From Anaerolineae bacterium (GTDB taxonomy: Bacteria; Chloroflexota; Anaerolineae; Epilineales; Epilineaceae), in the NCBI GenBank assembly GCA_044228875.1, contig JBGAUA010000001.1, positions 14,713 to 78,712 of the forward strand: 64,000 nucleotides of DNA, given 5' to 3'. Both the position numbers and the translations under genes were made by a program. Shown here piece by piece: positions 48,674-59,232 of this stretch. Within the stretch, counting starts at the first letter, position 1. Each line of letters starts with the position of its first letter. The notes under the pieces were generated by a model, which saw only the letters and a program-made list of their open reading frames with translations, made no database searches and was not told the DNA's origin.

Positions 48674-51600
48674 CTACCCCTCCCCCGCGCAGTCCAAAGC
48701 CGCCGCCACCCCCCGGTAGATTCCCGCCAGTTCCGCCGCCGTCGGCGAACGGTAGACGCGGTCCTGCGCCGCCGTGACCCGTGCAAGCAGCGGCAGGTCC
48801 ACCTGGTCGCCCAGGGCGATGGCGAAGACCAGGGCACCACCGGCGCGCAGATCCGCGGCGGCCGCGACCACCGCGGCGTCCGGGGCCGCCTCCTGGTTCT
48901 GCAGGCCGTCCGTCAGCAGGACCACCACCCGCAGGGCGTCCGGGCGGGCGCCCCCGTCCAAGGTGGCGCCCGCGGCCGTCAGGCCCAGGTCGAGGCGCGT
49001 GCCCGGATGCGGTGCCAGACTGCGCAGGGCCGCATCCAGCACCGCGCGGTCGCCGGACAGCGGGGCCAGCAACCGCGCAGCCCCGTCGAAGCCGACGACA
49101 GCCGCCCGGTCCGCGGGCAGGGACAGCCCGTCCAGGAAGACCGCGGCCGCCTCGCGCGCCGCGTCCAGCTTCGTCCGCGCCGCGCCCGCTTCCGCCGGCT
49201 CGGCCATGCTGCTGGAACTGTCCATCACCAGCACCACGTCCACCGGCCGCGCGCGGCGCAGGCAAGCGGCGCGTCCGAGGAAGGGCAACCAGGCGCGGGC
49301 GGTCAGCGGGCGACAGACGACGCTGACGCGCGGGATGGGAAAGACCAGTCGACCCGGATGGGCGAGCACGTCCACATAGTCCGCGGCGGCTTGGATGTTG
49401 GTGGGCCAGAGCCCACATTCCCGGGGAATCAGTCGGTAGGTCAGGCGCAGGCCGTCGGCCGCGGCCACCTCGCCCAGGCGCCAGGTCAGGGCATGGCGGA
49501 CCGCATCGTAGGCTGCCGGCGGCTGGGCCGAATCCGGCACGTAGGCCATGTTGGCCGGGATCAGGTCTTCCACCGCGATCCGTTGGAAGAGACCCTCGGG
49601 GCGCGTCTGGCCCTGCGCCGCAGCGAACATGGTCCGGACATCCGATGCGGCCGGGTCGATGATGAGGTGACCTGGCAGGCCCACGAGCGCGTTGAACAGA
49701 TCCTGCTGACCCCACTCGAAGGCGCTGTTGGTGAACAGCAGGGCGAAGAGGCCGATGCCGGCGCGGCGGAGAGCATCGGACAAGGCCGTGGGATCGTCCT
49801 TGACCATGCCGTCCGAGACCATCACGATGCTGCGCCTGGCCACGCGGTTGCCGCGCGGGCCCTCCAGTTCCTGCCGGGCCAGCTCCAGCCCTGCGCTCAG
49901 CTGCGTGTCGCCACCCGGCTCCAAGACCAGGAGGGCGCCGCGCAAGGCGTCCATGTCCTTGGTCAGGGGCTGCAGCAAGCTCCCGCCGCTGCCGAAGCTG
50001 ACCAGGGCCAGCTCCGCGTCCCCGTCCGCCAGCCCCGGCACGAGGTCCAGCAGCATGGCGCGCACCGTGTTCCAGCCATCGTCGAAGCCCATGGAGCGCG
50101 AGCTGTCGACCACCAGGACGGTCTGGCTCAGCGGGCCAACAGACGGGCAATCACCGGTCACATCGAGCAGCACGTCAACCGCCTCGCCCAGGTTCACCGA
50201 CGCTGGTCGGGCGCGCTTGTCCGGGGCGGCCAGACAGGCGCCGGCCTCGCGCGTCGGTGGTTCCGGCAATCCCTCCGCCTGGAAGACCCAGATGCCGCCG
50301 TCCACGATCTGCTGGTAGAAGGCGCCGAACTGCGGCTCCGGCTCGTCAAACGGTTCCAAGCGGGTCCAGGCGACATAGACCGCCCCATCGACATCGACGC
50401 TGAGGTCGTGAACGCGCACCCCCCGCTGTGGCATGGGCCAGATGGCCCGCAGACTCCCTTCGGGGCTGTAGCGCAGCCCCCAACCGGCGGCGCCCAGGAC
50501 GTACAGGTCGCCGTCCGGGCCGGCGGCCAGGCTCAGCGGGCCGTCGGCCACCGGCCAGTCGCCCAAGTCCTCGCCGGCCGCGCCACGCACCCACACTCGG
50601 GCTCGGCCGGCGTCGGCCAGGTAGACCCGCTCGCCGACCAAGGCGATGTCCACCAGCCCGCTGACGGGCGGTGTCGGCCATTCGTCCAGCACCCTTCCGT
50701 CCGCTTCGTCCAGCAGGGTTACCCGCCGCCGGCCGATGTCCAGGGCGGCGACGCGCCCCCCGGCGACGGCCAGGGCGGCCAAGAAGGGCTGCTCGTCCAG
50801 AGCCGCCCGGCCGATGGGCCAGTAGGTCCAGCCGGGCAGGCCATCCAGCGGCCGCTGCTGCAGCTTGACCGGGTCAAGCACGTACAGGTCCCGCGCGCCG
50901 AAGGCCAGGTCCCGTGCGGGGCGGCCGGCGCCGGAGCTGCAGTGGCCCAGCTGCAAACGCAGGCGTTCCCGCGGCTGGCCGGCCTCAGCTCCCAGGCGCC
51001 AGAGCTGGACGGTCTGGCGCTCCAGGGCGTAGGGCTCCTCGACAAAGACATGGATCGGCCGCGGGCCGTAGATGCTGAAACGGCCCTGCAAGACGGCCAG
51101 ATCCGTGGAGCCGGCCGCCAGGCGGCGCGGGCTGGCCGGCCCTTCCAGTTCCGGCTGGTCCAGTTCGCCCGTCAACCGGGCCACGACCGGCCGTTCCGCG
51201 GGCCGCGCGATGTGGAGCACGCCTTGGGCGCTGCAATGGTTGATGGAAGCCAACAACCTGCCGTCGGCGGTCGCCTCGAGGTTGAGGACCACCCGCCCAA
51301 GGTAGGCGGCGTTGATGGCCGTGGTGGGGCCCGCGAACAGCGGCTGGTCCTCCCCCAGGGCGAAGATCTCGACGTTGCGGCTGATGTAGGCTCCCGCCGG
51401 TCCCGCCGCCAGGTCCTCCGGATTTGTGAAGGGCACGAGGCGCTCGAACCGATGGTCCGGGGCGAACAGGGCGACCCCTTCGGTGCGCGGCATCGCCGGC
51501 GGCGCAGGGGTAGCCTGAGCCGGCCACCGCCGGCCGGAAGGTTCCGGGTCGCCGGGCTCGGGTTCGGGCGGCATGCTGATGGGAACGGGGCAGCGGTTGG

Positions 51601-52339
51601 CCACGAACAAGCGGCCATCCGGGCCCAGGTCCAGGCGATCCGGCTGGCAGGACACCGGAAGCCGTTCCGTCAACCGCGCACCCTGGAACACGTCCACGCT
51701 TCGCGTCAGCGGGGCGTCGGATGGCTCGGGCGATGGGCCCGACCAGTCGAAGAAGGCATTCTCGGTGTCCATCCGCGACAAGTAGACGCGTCCGTCCTCG
51801 CGCACCGCGATGTCGCGATACACGGCGGGAAGGCCGTCCAGTGGCGTCACCTCGAAGCTGGCGATCATCCGGCCGTCCGGCCACAGGTGATCGACGCGGT
51901 AGCGGCGGAACTCGCTCTCATCGCTGGCAAAGGGCCCTTCCACCAGCAGGAAGACGCTGCCGTCGGAAGCGCCGTCCAGGCGCAGGGCACGCCAGTCGTC
52001 CTCGTTCAGGTCGGTTCGCGGCACGGTGAAGAGGGTCCGCGGCCTTCCGTCGGGTTCCAGCACATGTACAGCGTCCTGCCGTCCATCCAGAACCAGAATG
52101 GTCCCGTCGGGAACGGCCGTGATATCCAGGGTCTGACCGAAGCGCCCGGCCCGTGGTTGCCAGGGCACGTGGCTCCAGGTGTCGGACAGGCGGTAGGTGA
52201 AGGCGGGGCCGGCTTCGGGGCGGGCCCCCGCGGGCGCGGGCAGAACGAGAGCCATCACGAGCACGATCGCGACGGCAAGCGCGCGGATCCGCGACGGCGC
52301 GTTCAACGTCCGTACTCGATCCGGTTCCTGTGTGACCAT
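48674..52339 (-). CDS. Giant secreted/membrane-anchored protein: N-terminal NHL/beta-propeller-like repeats plus two VWA domains
   Basis: N-terminal hydrophobic anchor 'IRALAVAIVLVMALVLPAPAGA'. Repeated 'DGxLYV(L/A)D' propeller-like blades. VWA-1 MIDAS 'VLVVDSSRSM', VWA-2 MIDAS 'VVLVMDSSSSM..LLTDG'. Start taken at internal ATG (MVTQEPD, 52339); the ORF's first ATG is at 52447. Confidence 0.6.
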   Translation of the reverse strand: MVTQEPDRVRTLNAPSRIRALAVAIVLVMALVLPAPAGARPEAGPAFTYRLSDTWSHVPWQPRAGRFGQTLDITAVPDGTILVLDGRQDAVHVLEPDGRPRTLFTVPRTDLNEDDWRALRLDGASDGSVFLLVEGPFASDESEFRRYRVDHLWPDGRMIASFEVTPLDGLPAVYRDIAVREDGRVYLSRMDTENAFFDWSGPSPEPSDAPLTRSVDVFQGARLTERLPVSCQPDRLDLGPDGRLFVANRCPVPISMPPEPEPGDPEPSGRRWPAQATPAPPAMPRTEGVALFAPDHRFERLVPFTNPEDLAAGPAGAYISRNVEIFALGEDQPLFAGPTTAINAAYLGRVVLNLEATADGRLLASINHCSAQGVLHIARPAERPVVARLTGELDQPELEGPASPRRLAAGSTDLAVLQGRFSIYGPRPIHVFVEEPYALERQTVQLWRLGAEAGQPRERLRLQLGHCSSGAGRPARDLAFGARDLYVLDPVKLQQRPLDGLPGWTYWPIGRAALDEQPFLAALAVAGGRVAALDIGRRRVTLLDEADGRVLDEWPTPPVSGLVDIALVGERVYLADAGRARVWVRGAAGEDLGDWPVADGPLSLAAGPDGDLYVLGAAGWGLRYSPEGSLRAIWPMPQRGVRVHDLSVDVDGAVYVAWTRLEPFDEPEPQFGAFYQQIVDGGIWVFQAEGLPEPPTREAGACLAAPDKRARPASVNLGEAVDVLLDVTGDCPSVGPLSQTVLVVDSSRSMGFDDGWNTVRAMLLDLVPGLADGDAELALVSFGSGGSLLQPLTKDMDALRGALLVLEPGGDTQLSAGLELARQELEGPRGNRVARRSIVMVSDGMVKDDPTALSDALRRAGIGLFALLFTNSAFEWGQQDLFNALVGLPGHLIIDPAASDVRTMFAAAQGQTRPEGLFQRIAVEDLIPANMAYVPDSAQPPAAYDAVRHALTWRLGEVAAADGLRLTYRLIPRECGLWPTNIQAAADYVDVLAHPGRLVFPIPRVSVVCRPLTARAWLPFLGRAACLRRARPVDVVLVMDSSSSMAEPAEAGAARTKLDAAREAAAVFLDGLSLPADRAAVVGFDGAARLLAPLSGDRAVLDAALRSLAPHPGTRLDLGLTAAGATLDGGARPDALRVVVLLTDGLQNQEAAPDAAVVAAAADLRAGGALVFAIALGDQVDLPLLARVTAAQDRVYRSPTAAELAGIYRGVAAALDCAGEG

Positions 52340-52567
52340 CGACGGACTCGCTTTCACAGGCGCTGGGATCGCCCCCAGAGCGGCGCCAAAAACATCCGAT
52401 GGGCAATCGTGTTCCCCAGCGAGCGCCGAAAGGGACGTCGCCATCAACGGGGCCTGGCCTCACCACGGGATCATCCGACCGCTGGAACCGTAACGCAGGC
52501 GCCCCGCCGCTCAATGCTATGATTGACCTTCGCTTAAGGCAAGGCCCCCGCTGGGCCCAGGAGGACC

Positions 52568-55500
52568 ATGTCCGAGTCCGGCTACTACCGCCACCCCAGC
52601 ATCCACCGGGACAACATCGTCTTCGTCTGCGAGGACGACCTGTGGACGGTGTCGGCCACCGGCGGCATCGCCCGCCGCCTGACGGCCAATCCGGGCCGGA
52701 CCTTGTGGCCCTCGCTGTCTCCCGACGGCGAGCGCCTGGCCTACGTCGGCTACGACGAGGGCACGCCGGAGGTCTTCTGCATGCCCGCCACCGGGGGCGA
52801 GGCGCGCCGATTGACGTTCTCAGGAACCTCCAACCAGGGCGCCACCTGGACGCCGGACGGCCGGCACATCGTTTTCGCCACCAACGCCGGGCAGCCCTTT
52901 GCCGGACGTTACGAGCTGCGGGCCATCAGCCCCGAGGGCGGCGAGCCGGAGCGCCTGCCTGTCGGCCCCGCGCTGACCATCGCCTTCGACCCCCGGACAG
53001 GCGAACGCGCCGGAGCGGTCATCGGGCGCAACACCTCGGACATCGCGCGCTGGAAGCGCTACCGCGGCGGCCAGACCGGCGATCTGTGGATCGACCCCGC
53101 CGGACAGGGCGAGTGGCGGCGGCTGATCCGCCTGCCGGGCAACCTGGCCAATCCCCTGTGGCTGGGCGAGCGCATCTACTTTGTCTCCGACCACGATGGC
53201 GTGGGCAACCTCTACTCCTGCGCCCTGGATGGATCGGACCTGCGACCGCACACGGCGCATGCCGACTACTACGTGCGACATCCGTCGACCGACGGTCGTC
53301 GAATCGTCTACCATGCGGGAGCGGACCTGTACCTGTACGACCCTCAGGCGGGGCGAGCGGAGCGCGTCGAAATCGCTCTGAAGAGCCCGCGGGTGCAACG
53401 CAAGCGTCGCTTCGTCCGCGCTGAACGCTACCTGCAGTCCTACGACCTGCATCCGCTGGGGCATTTCCTGGCATTGGTCAGCCGCGGCAAGGCGTTCACA
53501 TGCGGCAACTGGGAGGGCGCGGTCAGCCAGCACGGCGAGCCCGACGGAGTACGCTACCGACTGGCCACCTGGATGGCGGATGGTGAACGCCTGGTCATGG
53601 TCAGCGACGCGGCCGGCGAGGAGGCGCTGGAGATCCACCCGGTGGAAGCCCTGAGCACCCAGCAGGGCGTGCGGCGCCTGGAAGGACTGGACATTGGCCG
53701 GCCGGACGAGTTGCTGCCGGCGCCCGCCGGCAGCCTCGACGGCATCGAGCGGGTGGTATTGACCAACCATCGCCAGGAGCTGGTGCTGGTAGACCTTGCG
53801 GCGGGAACAGCCCGAGTGCTGGACCACAGCCGCCACGATCGGATCAAGGGCGTGGCTTGGGCGCCGGACGGGCGCTGGCTGGCCTACGGCTTCGCCGATA
53901 CGGCGCAGACCTCCATCCTCAAGCTCTGTCGCCTGGCCGATGGCGCCACCTTCGCCGCCACCCGCACCGTCCTGCACGACATGCAACCATCCTTCGACCC
54001 CGGTGGCCGCTATCTCTACTTCCTCTCGCTGCGAGACTTCGCCCCGGTCTACGACAGCCTGACCTTCGACCTGGGCTTCCCCTTCGGCATGCGCCCGCAC
54101 CTCATCACCCTGCAGTCGGACCTGCCATCGCCCTTCACCCCGGTGCCCAAGCCGCTCGGCGAGCTGCTGCTGGAGGAGGGTATGGAAGACGAGGAGACCG
54201 CGATCGAGCCGGAGGGTGCGGAGGCGGAAAGCGCCGATCCGGACGCCGATCGCGAGGGTGTCACAGCAGACGCCGCCGACGCACCGGACCCCTCCGGCGC
54301 CGCTGAGACGCGACCCGGGACGGGCGCCACAGGCGGCGCCCCTGAGCCCCTGCGCATCGATCTGGAGGGCATCGAAGACCGGGTGCTGGCCTTCCCGGTG
54401 CCGGAGGGCCAGTATGGAGCGGTCATCGGCATCGAGGGCAAGGTGCTGTACACCACGTACCCTCTGGAGAGTCCGCTCGACAGCGACCTTGAGAGCGCGG
54501 CGGAGGGACTGGCCGTCGGCGGCGGGGCCTTGGAGGTCTTCGACCTTGAGACCCTGGAGGAGCGCAACCTGGTAGAGGCCGGCGTCTCCGATTTTCAGGT
54601 GAGCGCGGATGGCAAGACCCTGGTGTACCGCTCGGGCCTGTCCTTGCGGGTGATCAAGGCCGGCGACAAGTCCCCGCGCGACGGTCTGCCGGGACGCAAG
54701 AGCGGTTGGGTGAATCTGAGCCGGCTGCGTGTCTCGGTGGAACCGCACGCCGAATGGTCGCAGATGCTGCGCGAGGCCTGGCGGCTGCAGCGCGACCATT
54801 TCTGGACGCCGGACATGGGCGGTGTGGATTGGCAGGAGGTCTATCGGCGCTATCTGCCGCTCATCGCTCGCGTGGCCACCCGGGCTGAGTTCTCCGACCT
54901 GATGTGGGAGCTGCAGGGCGAGTTGGGCACCTCCCACGCCTACGAGCTGGGTGGCGACTACCGCCCGGAGCCGCTCTACGCCCAAGGCTTCCTGGGGGCG
55001 GACCTCCGCTATCAACCGGATACGGACAGCTACGTGGTCGAGCGCCTGGTACGCGGCGACCTCTGGGACGAGGAAACGGGCTCGCCGATGGCGCGGGTGG
55101 GCGTCGGGGTGGTACCGGGCGATCGCCTCCTGGCCATCGACGGCCAGCGGCTGGGACGAGGCCGATCGCCGGAGCAGGCCCTGGTCAACCGCGCGGGAGC
55201 CGAGGTAGCCCTGCGCTTCGCCCCGCGTGAAGGCGAAACGGCACCCTACCTCTGCACGGTGCGCTGCCTGGAAGCGGAAACGCCGGCCCGCTACCGCGAC
55301 TGGGTGGAAGCCAACCGCCGCCGGGTGCACGAGACCACCGACGGCCGGGTTGGCTATGTGCACATCCCGGACATGGGTGCGAGCGGCTACGCGGAATTCC
55401 ACCGCGGCTTCCTGGCGGAGCTGCACCGCGACGGCCTGGTCGTGGACGTGCGCCACAACAGCGGCGGCCACGTGAGCCAGCTCATCTTGGAGAAGCTGGC

Positions 55501-55999
55501 TCGACGCCGCCTGGGTTACGACGTACAGCGCTGGGGGGAGCCGGTGCCCTATCCGCTGGAGTCTCTGGGCGGGCCCATCGTGCTCCTGATCAACGAGCAG
55601 ACGGGTTCTGACGGCGACATGTTCAGCCATGCCTTCAAGCTGATGCGCCTGGGCCTGGTCATCGGCACCCGCACCTGGGGCGGGGTCATCGGCATCCGCC
55701 CGCGCGAGAGTTTCGTCGACGGGGGCATCGCCACGCAGCCAGAGTTCTCCCTGTGGTTCAAGGACGTGGGCTTCGGCGTGGAGAACCAGGGTACCACGCC
55801 CGACCTGGAGGTGGAGATACGCCCTCAGGATCACGCCGCCGGGGCGGACCCGCAGCTGGACGGCGCCCTCGAAGAGATCCAGCGCCTGCTGCGCGAAGCG
55901 CCGCCGGAGAAGCCCAGCTTCGGGGCGCGACCGCGTCTGCCGCTGCCGGGGGTGCCGGGGATCCCGGAGGTACCGGTCGAGAAGCCCGCCGGAGCTTGA
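52568..55999 (+). CDS. Tricorn protease homologue
   Basis: 'YYRHPSIHRDNIVFVCEDDLWTV' N-terminal beta-propeller start. PDZ and C-terminal S41-type catalytic domain 'VLLINEQTGSDGDMFSHAFKLMRLGLVIGTRTWGG'. 1143 aa. SD 'aggagg' before ATG. Confidence 0.85.
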   Translation: MSESGYYRHPSIHRDNIVFVCEDDLWTVSATGGIARRLTANPGRTLWPSLSPDGERLAYVGYDEGTPEVFCMPATGGEARRLTFSGTSNQGATWTPDGRHIVFATNAGQPFAGRYELRAISPEGGEPERLPVGPALTIAFDPRTGERAGAVIGRNTSDIARWKRYRGGQTGDLWIDPAGQGEWRRLIRLPGNLANPLWLGERIYFVSDHDGVGNLYSCALDGSDLRPHTAHADYYVRHPSTDGRRIVYHAGADLYLYDPQAGRAERVEIALKSPRVQRKRRFVRAERYLQSYDLHPLGHFLALVSRGKAFTCGNWEGAVSQHGEPDGVRYRLATWMADGERLVMVSDAAGEEALEIHPVEALSTQQGVRRLEGLDIGRPDELLPAPAGSLDGIERVVLTNHRQELVLVDLAAGTARVLDHSRHDRIKGVAWAPDGRWLAYGFADTAQTSILKLCRLADGATFAATRTVLHDMQPSFDPGGRYLYFLSLRDFAPVYDSLTFDLGFPFGMRPHLITLQSDLPSPFTPVPKPLGELLLEEGMEDEETAIEPEGAEAESADPDADREGVTADAADAPDPSGAAETRPGTGATGGAPEPLRIDLEGIEDRVLAFPVPEGQYGAVIGIEGKVLYTTYPLESPLDSDLESAAEGLAVGGGALEVFDLETLEERNLVEAGVSDFQVSADGKTLVYRSGLSLRVIKAGDKSPRDGLPGRKSGWVNLSRLRVSVEPHAEWSQMLREAWRLQRDHFWTPDMGGVDWQEVYRRYLPLIARVATRAEFSDLMWELQGELGTSHAYELGGDYRPEPLYAQGFLGADLRYQPDTDSYVVERLVRGDLWDEETGSPMARVGVGVVPGDRLLAIDGQRLGRGRSPEQALVNRAGAEVALRFAPREGETAPYLCTVRCLEAETPARYRDWVEANRRRVHETTDGRVGYVHIPDMGASGYAEFHRGFLAELHRDGLVVDVRHNSGGHVSQLILEKLARRRLGYDVQRWGEPVPYPLESLGGPIVLLINEQTGSDGDMFSHAFKLMRLGLVIGTRTWGGVIGIRPRESFVDGGIATQPEFSLWFKDVGFGVENQGTTPDLEVEIRPQDHAAGADPQLDGALEEIQRLLREAPPEKPSFGARPRLPLPGVPGIPEVPVEKPAGA

Positions 56000-56209
56000 C
56001 GGAGGCAGTCGATGCCACGAGGGGCGCTCGACCGTCGAACCTCGCCGCCAGGCATCGTGCTGGTCACTGTCAAGCAGCAGTACGACCGCCGAACGGCCAT
56101 CATAAGGCGCCATTGGCGCGACGTTGTCGCCAACTAGGCGCCTACCCTCTCCACAAACCCGCCGGCCGCCTCTAAGCTGGGAACATCGATTCCCGACCGG
56201 AGGCCAGCC

Positions 56210-59101
56210 ATGCACAGCCCGCGTTCCCGCGTCCTCGCCGTAGGCTTCATCCTCGCCGTGGCCCTTTTCGGCCCCGGCCTGGAGGTTCTCGCCCTGCACG
56301 TCCCCTTGAGGTCGGCACAGGGGCCGACGGTCCTCATCAACGAGGTGCAGTACGACCCGCCAGGCGGACCGGCCGAAGCCGGCCACGAATGGGTAGAGCT
56401 CTACAACGCGGGCAGCGTGGCCGTGGTGCTGGCGGGCTGGCAGCTGGCCGACAACAAGGGCGCCGAGGACCTCGGCGCCGCCGGTCGGCTGGAGCCCGGA
56501 GCATTCCTGATCGTTGCCGGCGGCGACGGCTTCGCCGCGGACCATCCCGGCTTCGAGGGCCGGGTCCTGGTGCTGGGCGGCGCGATCGGGAACGGCCTGG
56601 GCAACAGCGGGGATCGATTGCGCTTGCAGGACGGCGGTGGACAGTTGCGGGATGCCATGAGCTACGGTGACGACGCCATGGCCTTGGATCCCCCGGCACC
56701 CGACGTCGTCGGCGGGCACAGCCTGGAGCGTGCCCCCGCGGGGGCTGATACCGACCGGTCCACCGACTGGGTGGACCAGGCCCAACCCTCCCCTGGGCAG
56801 GAAGGCGGAACCGGGCAAGCCACCGCGATGCCCAGCCCCGACCCCCTGCCCAGCCTCCCGCCCGGCGTGGCCATCAGGCTCAACGAGTTCCTGGCGGCAC
56901 CCAAGGCGGTGGACTGGGACGGGGATGGGAAGGTCGGCCAGGACGACGAGTGGATCGAGCTGTTCAACCCCGGCGATCAGCCAGCTTACCTTCGTGGGTG
57001 GCAGCTGGATGACGCGCCGGGCGGCGGCTCGGCCCCCTTCGTCTTCCCGGACGGCTCGGTCATCGGCCCCCGCGGACACCTCCTCATCTTTCAAGGACAG
57101 AGCGGCGTGGCGCTCAACAACGACGCCGATGCCGTACGGCTCCTGAACCCGGACGGCCGGGAACTCGACCGCGAGGACTACCAGAAAGCCCGATCGGACC
57201 AGAGCCTGGCCCGCTGGCCGGACGGCGAGGGCGCCTGGACCGACGCTCTGGCCCCCTCGCCCGGCTCAGCCAACGGAGCGGGCGGCGTGACCCCGCCCGC
57301 TCCGACCGCAGTGGGCGCCACGCCGCCGGCGACGGTGGCGCCCCCCTCGCCAACGTCGGACGACCCCCCGGGGGCGGTTGACCCCACCGCCGGACCGACC
57401 CTGACGGCTGCTGCCACCATGAATGCTTGGCCGCCGACCGTCGGCACCGCGTCGCCCACCCCGGCCGGTCTGTTGCTGCCCCTGCTGATCAGCGAAGTCC
57501 TGTTCGACCCCGCCATCAGCGGCAACGACATGACCGAGGAATGGGCGGAACTGCACAACCCCGGCACCGTTGCCGTCAGCCTGGCCGGGTGGCAGATCGG
57601 CGACCGCGAAGAGGAAGATCCATTGCCCGCCGTCCACATCGCCCCGGGGGGCTTCCTGGTCATCGCCGCGGCCGCGAGCGAGGCCCAACGGCTGGCCGCC
57701 CGTGGCATCTCTGTCGTGGCCTTGGCCGATGGCAGCCTGGGGGGCGGCCTGGGCAATGGCGGAGATCTGCTGCGCCTGCGAGACCCCACCGGGAACGAAG
57801 GCGACGCCGTGAGCTACGGTGACAACCTGGATGCCTTCGATCCGGCGGTCCCATTGGGGCCGCCGGGCGCATCCATCGAGCGCGTGCCCGCCGGCACGGA
57901 CAGCGATTCGGCCGAGGACTGGTGGATCCAGGATCTGCCCTCGCCCGGGGCGGCCGGGTCCGTCGCCCAGGGGCCGCCGCTCCTCCTGCTTTCGGAGGTC
58001 CTGCCGGCGCCGCTGGCGATGGATTGGAACGGCAACGGTCAGGCCGACCACGAGGACGAGTGGATCGAGATCTACAACCCCGGCGACCGGCCCGTGGGCC
58101 TCTCCGGCTGGAGCGTGGAGGATCGTCCGGCGGCCGGCTGGTCGTACCGCTTCGACGCTGAGGCCCGCATCGGGGCCGGCGCCTACCTGCTGTTGCCGCG
58201 CGCCCGATCGGGCATCGCCCTGCAGCGCGACGCGGATACCGTGCGCCTCATCCGCCCCGATGGGATGGAGGCGGACCGCGCCGCCTGGGAGTCGAACCCG
58301 GGCTTCGATCGCTCGGTCTGCCGACCGTCGGTCGCTCCGGCCGAGCCCTGGCGCTTGCCCTGCGATCCCAGCCCGGGCGGACCCAACCGCCTGGCGGACC
58401 GGTCGGAGACCGACGACGACCTCCCCTCCGCCCGCCCAACCGCGACGGGCAGCACCGACGGCGCGGCCGCGGCCTGGCCCCTCGTGCCACTCGCCGAACT
58501 GCGAACGCTGTCAGACAGCACCCGCGTCACCGCGGAGGGACGGGTGACCGCACCGCCGGGTGTCTTCGACGCCCGCGCCTTCTACCTGGGCGATGACGAG
58601 GCCGGCATCCGCGTCTACCTCAGCGCCCGGGACGACCGCCTGCCAGGACTGGCGGAAGGCGACGTGGTTCGCCTGCGCGGCCGCCTGGGCGAGCACGACG
58701 GCGAACGCGAACTCCGCCTGGCCCGCGCGGCGGACTTGCGCCGCCTGGGCGAGGGGCGTCCGGTGAGCCCAGTGGACCTGGCCACGGGAAGCCTGGGAGA
58801 ACCCGTGGAAGGCCGCCTGCTGCGCCTGGCCGGCTGGGCTGCCCGACCCGGCCGCTACGGCTTCGCCCTGGACGACGGCTCGGGAGAAGCCTCGATCTAC
58901 CTGGATCCCACCGCCGGCATCCAGCTGCCGGACGCGCTCAAGGCGGCGCCGCTTACGGTGGTCGGCATTGTCGGACAACGGGCCGGTGGCGCCGCCATGG
59001 GCAGCGGCCACCGCCTGATGCCACGCTATCCGCGGGATATCGCGGCGGCGGCGGCGCGGCTTCAAGACTGGCCGGGTTTACCGGGGACGGGGCGGCGATG
59101 A
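56210..59101 (+). CDS. Secreted protein with four lamin-tail domains (LTD) and a C-terminal OB-fold-like domain
   Basis: Signal peptide. Four units with 'INE(V/F)..P.....EW(V/I)EL(Y/F)N.G...v.LaGWql.D' (at ~56330, ~56870, ~57480, ~58000). C-terminal 'RVTAEGRVTAPPGVFDARAFYLGDD..GIRVYL' resembles the OB/'NucH-like' targeting domain of extracellular nucleases, but no nuclease domain is present. Confidence 0.6.
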   Translation: MHSPRSRVLAVGFILAVALFGPGLEVLALHVPLRSAQGPTVLINEVQYDPPGGPAEAGHEWVELYNAGSVAVVLAGWQLADNKGAEDLGAAGRLEPGAFLIVAGGDGFAADHPGFEGRVLVLGGAIGNGLGNSGDRLRLQDGGGQLRDAMSYGDDAMALDPPAPDVVGGHSLERAPAGADTDRSTDWVDQAQPSPGQEGGTGQATAMPSPDPLPSLPPGVAIRLNEFLAAPKAVDWDGDGKVGQDDEWIELFNPGDQPAYLRGWQLDDAPGGGSAPFVFPDGSVIGPRGHLLIFQGQSGVALNNDADAVRLLNPDGRELDREDYQKARSDQSLARWPDGEGAWTDALAPSPGSANGAGGVTPPAPTAVGATPPATVAPPSPTSDDPPGAVDPTAGPTLTAAATMNAWPPTVGTASPTPAGLLLPLLISEVLFDPAISGNDMTEEWAELHNPGTVAVSLAGWQIGDREEEDPLPAVHIAPGGFLVIAAAASEAQRLAARGISVVALADGSLGGGLGNGGDLLRLRDPTGNEGDAVSYGDNLDAFDPAVPLGPPGASIERVPAGTDSDSAEDWWIQDLPSPGAAGSVAQGPPLLLLSEVLPAPLAMDWNGNGQADHEDEWIEIYNPGDRPVGLSGWSVEDRPAAGWSYRFDAEARIGAGAYLLLPRARSGIALQRDADTVRLIRPDGMEADRAAWESNPGFDRSVCRPSVAPAEPWRLPCDPSPGGPNRLADRSETDDDLPSARPTATGSTDGAAAAWPLVPLAELRTLSDSTRVTAEGRVTAPPGVFDARAFYLGDDEAGIRVYLSARDDRLPGLAEGDVVRLRGRLGEHDGERELRLARAADLRRLGEGRPVSPVDLATGSLGEPVEGRLLRLAGWAARPGRYGFALDDGSGEASIYLDPTAGIQLPDALKAAPLTVVGIVGQRAGGAAMGSGHRLMPRYPRDIAAAAARLQDWPGLPGTGRR

Positions 59102-59232
59102 CGCGATGGTCGGCGGGCCACACGTCCCCCGGTTCTGGACGCCGTCCCAACGGTCACCGACTTCCGCCCCTTCCATCACCGGACATCGGCTTCTGGTCAG
59201 CTTGACCACCCGCCGCCGCATCCGGACAATGG

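Noticed and set aside
48611-52522. 1303-aa plus-strand ORF antisense to the double-VWA giant gene
   Set aside because: No motifs, Arg/Gly/His/Gln-rich. The minus-strand reading has two canonical MIDAS motifs and a signal anchor. Antisense artefact.
52820-57094. 1424-aa minus-strand ORF antisense to tricorn protease and the LTD protein
   Set aside because: Low-complexity Arg/Gly/Ala/His-rich translation. It overlaps a plus-strand gene with unmistakable tricorn/S41 motifs and spans an intergenic region. Artefact of GC-rich antisense.
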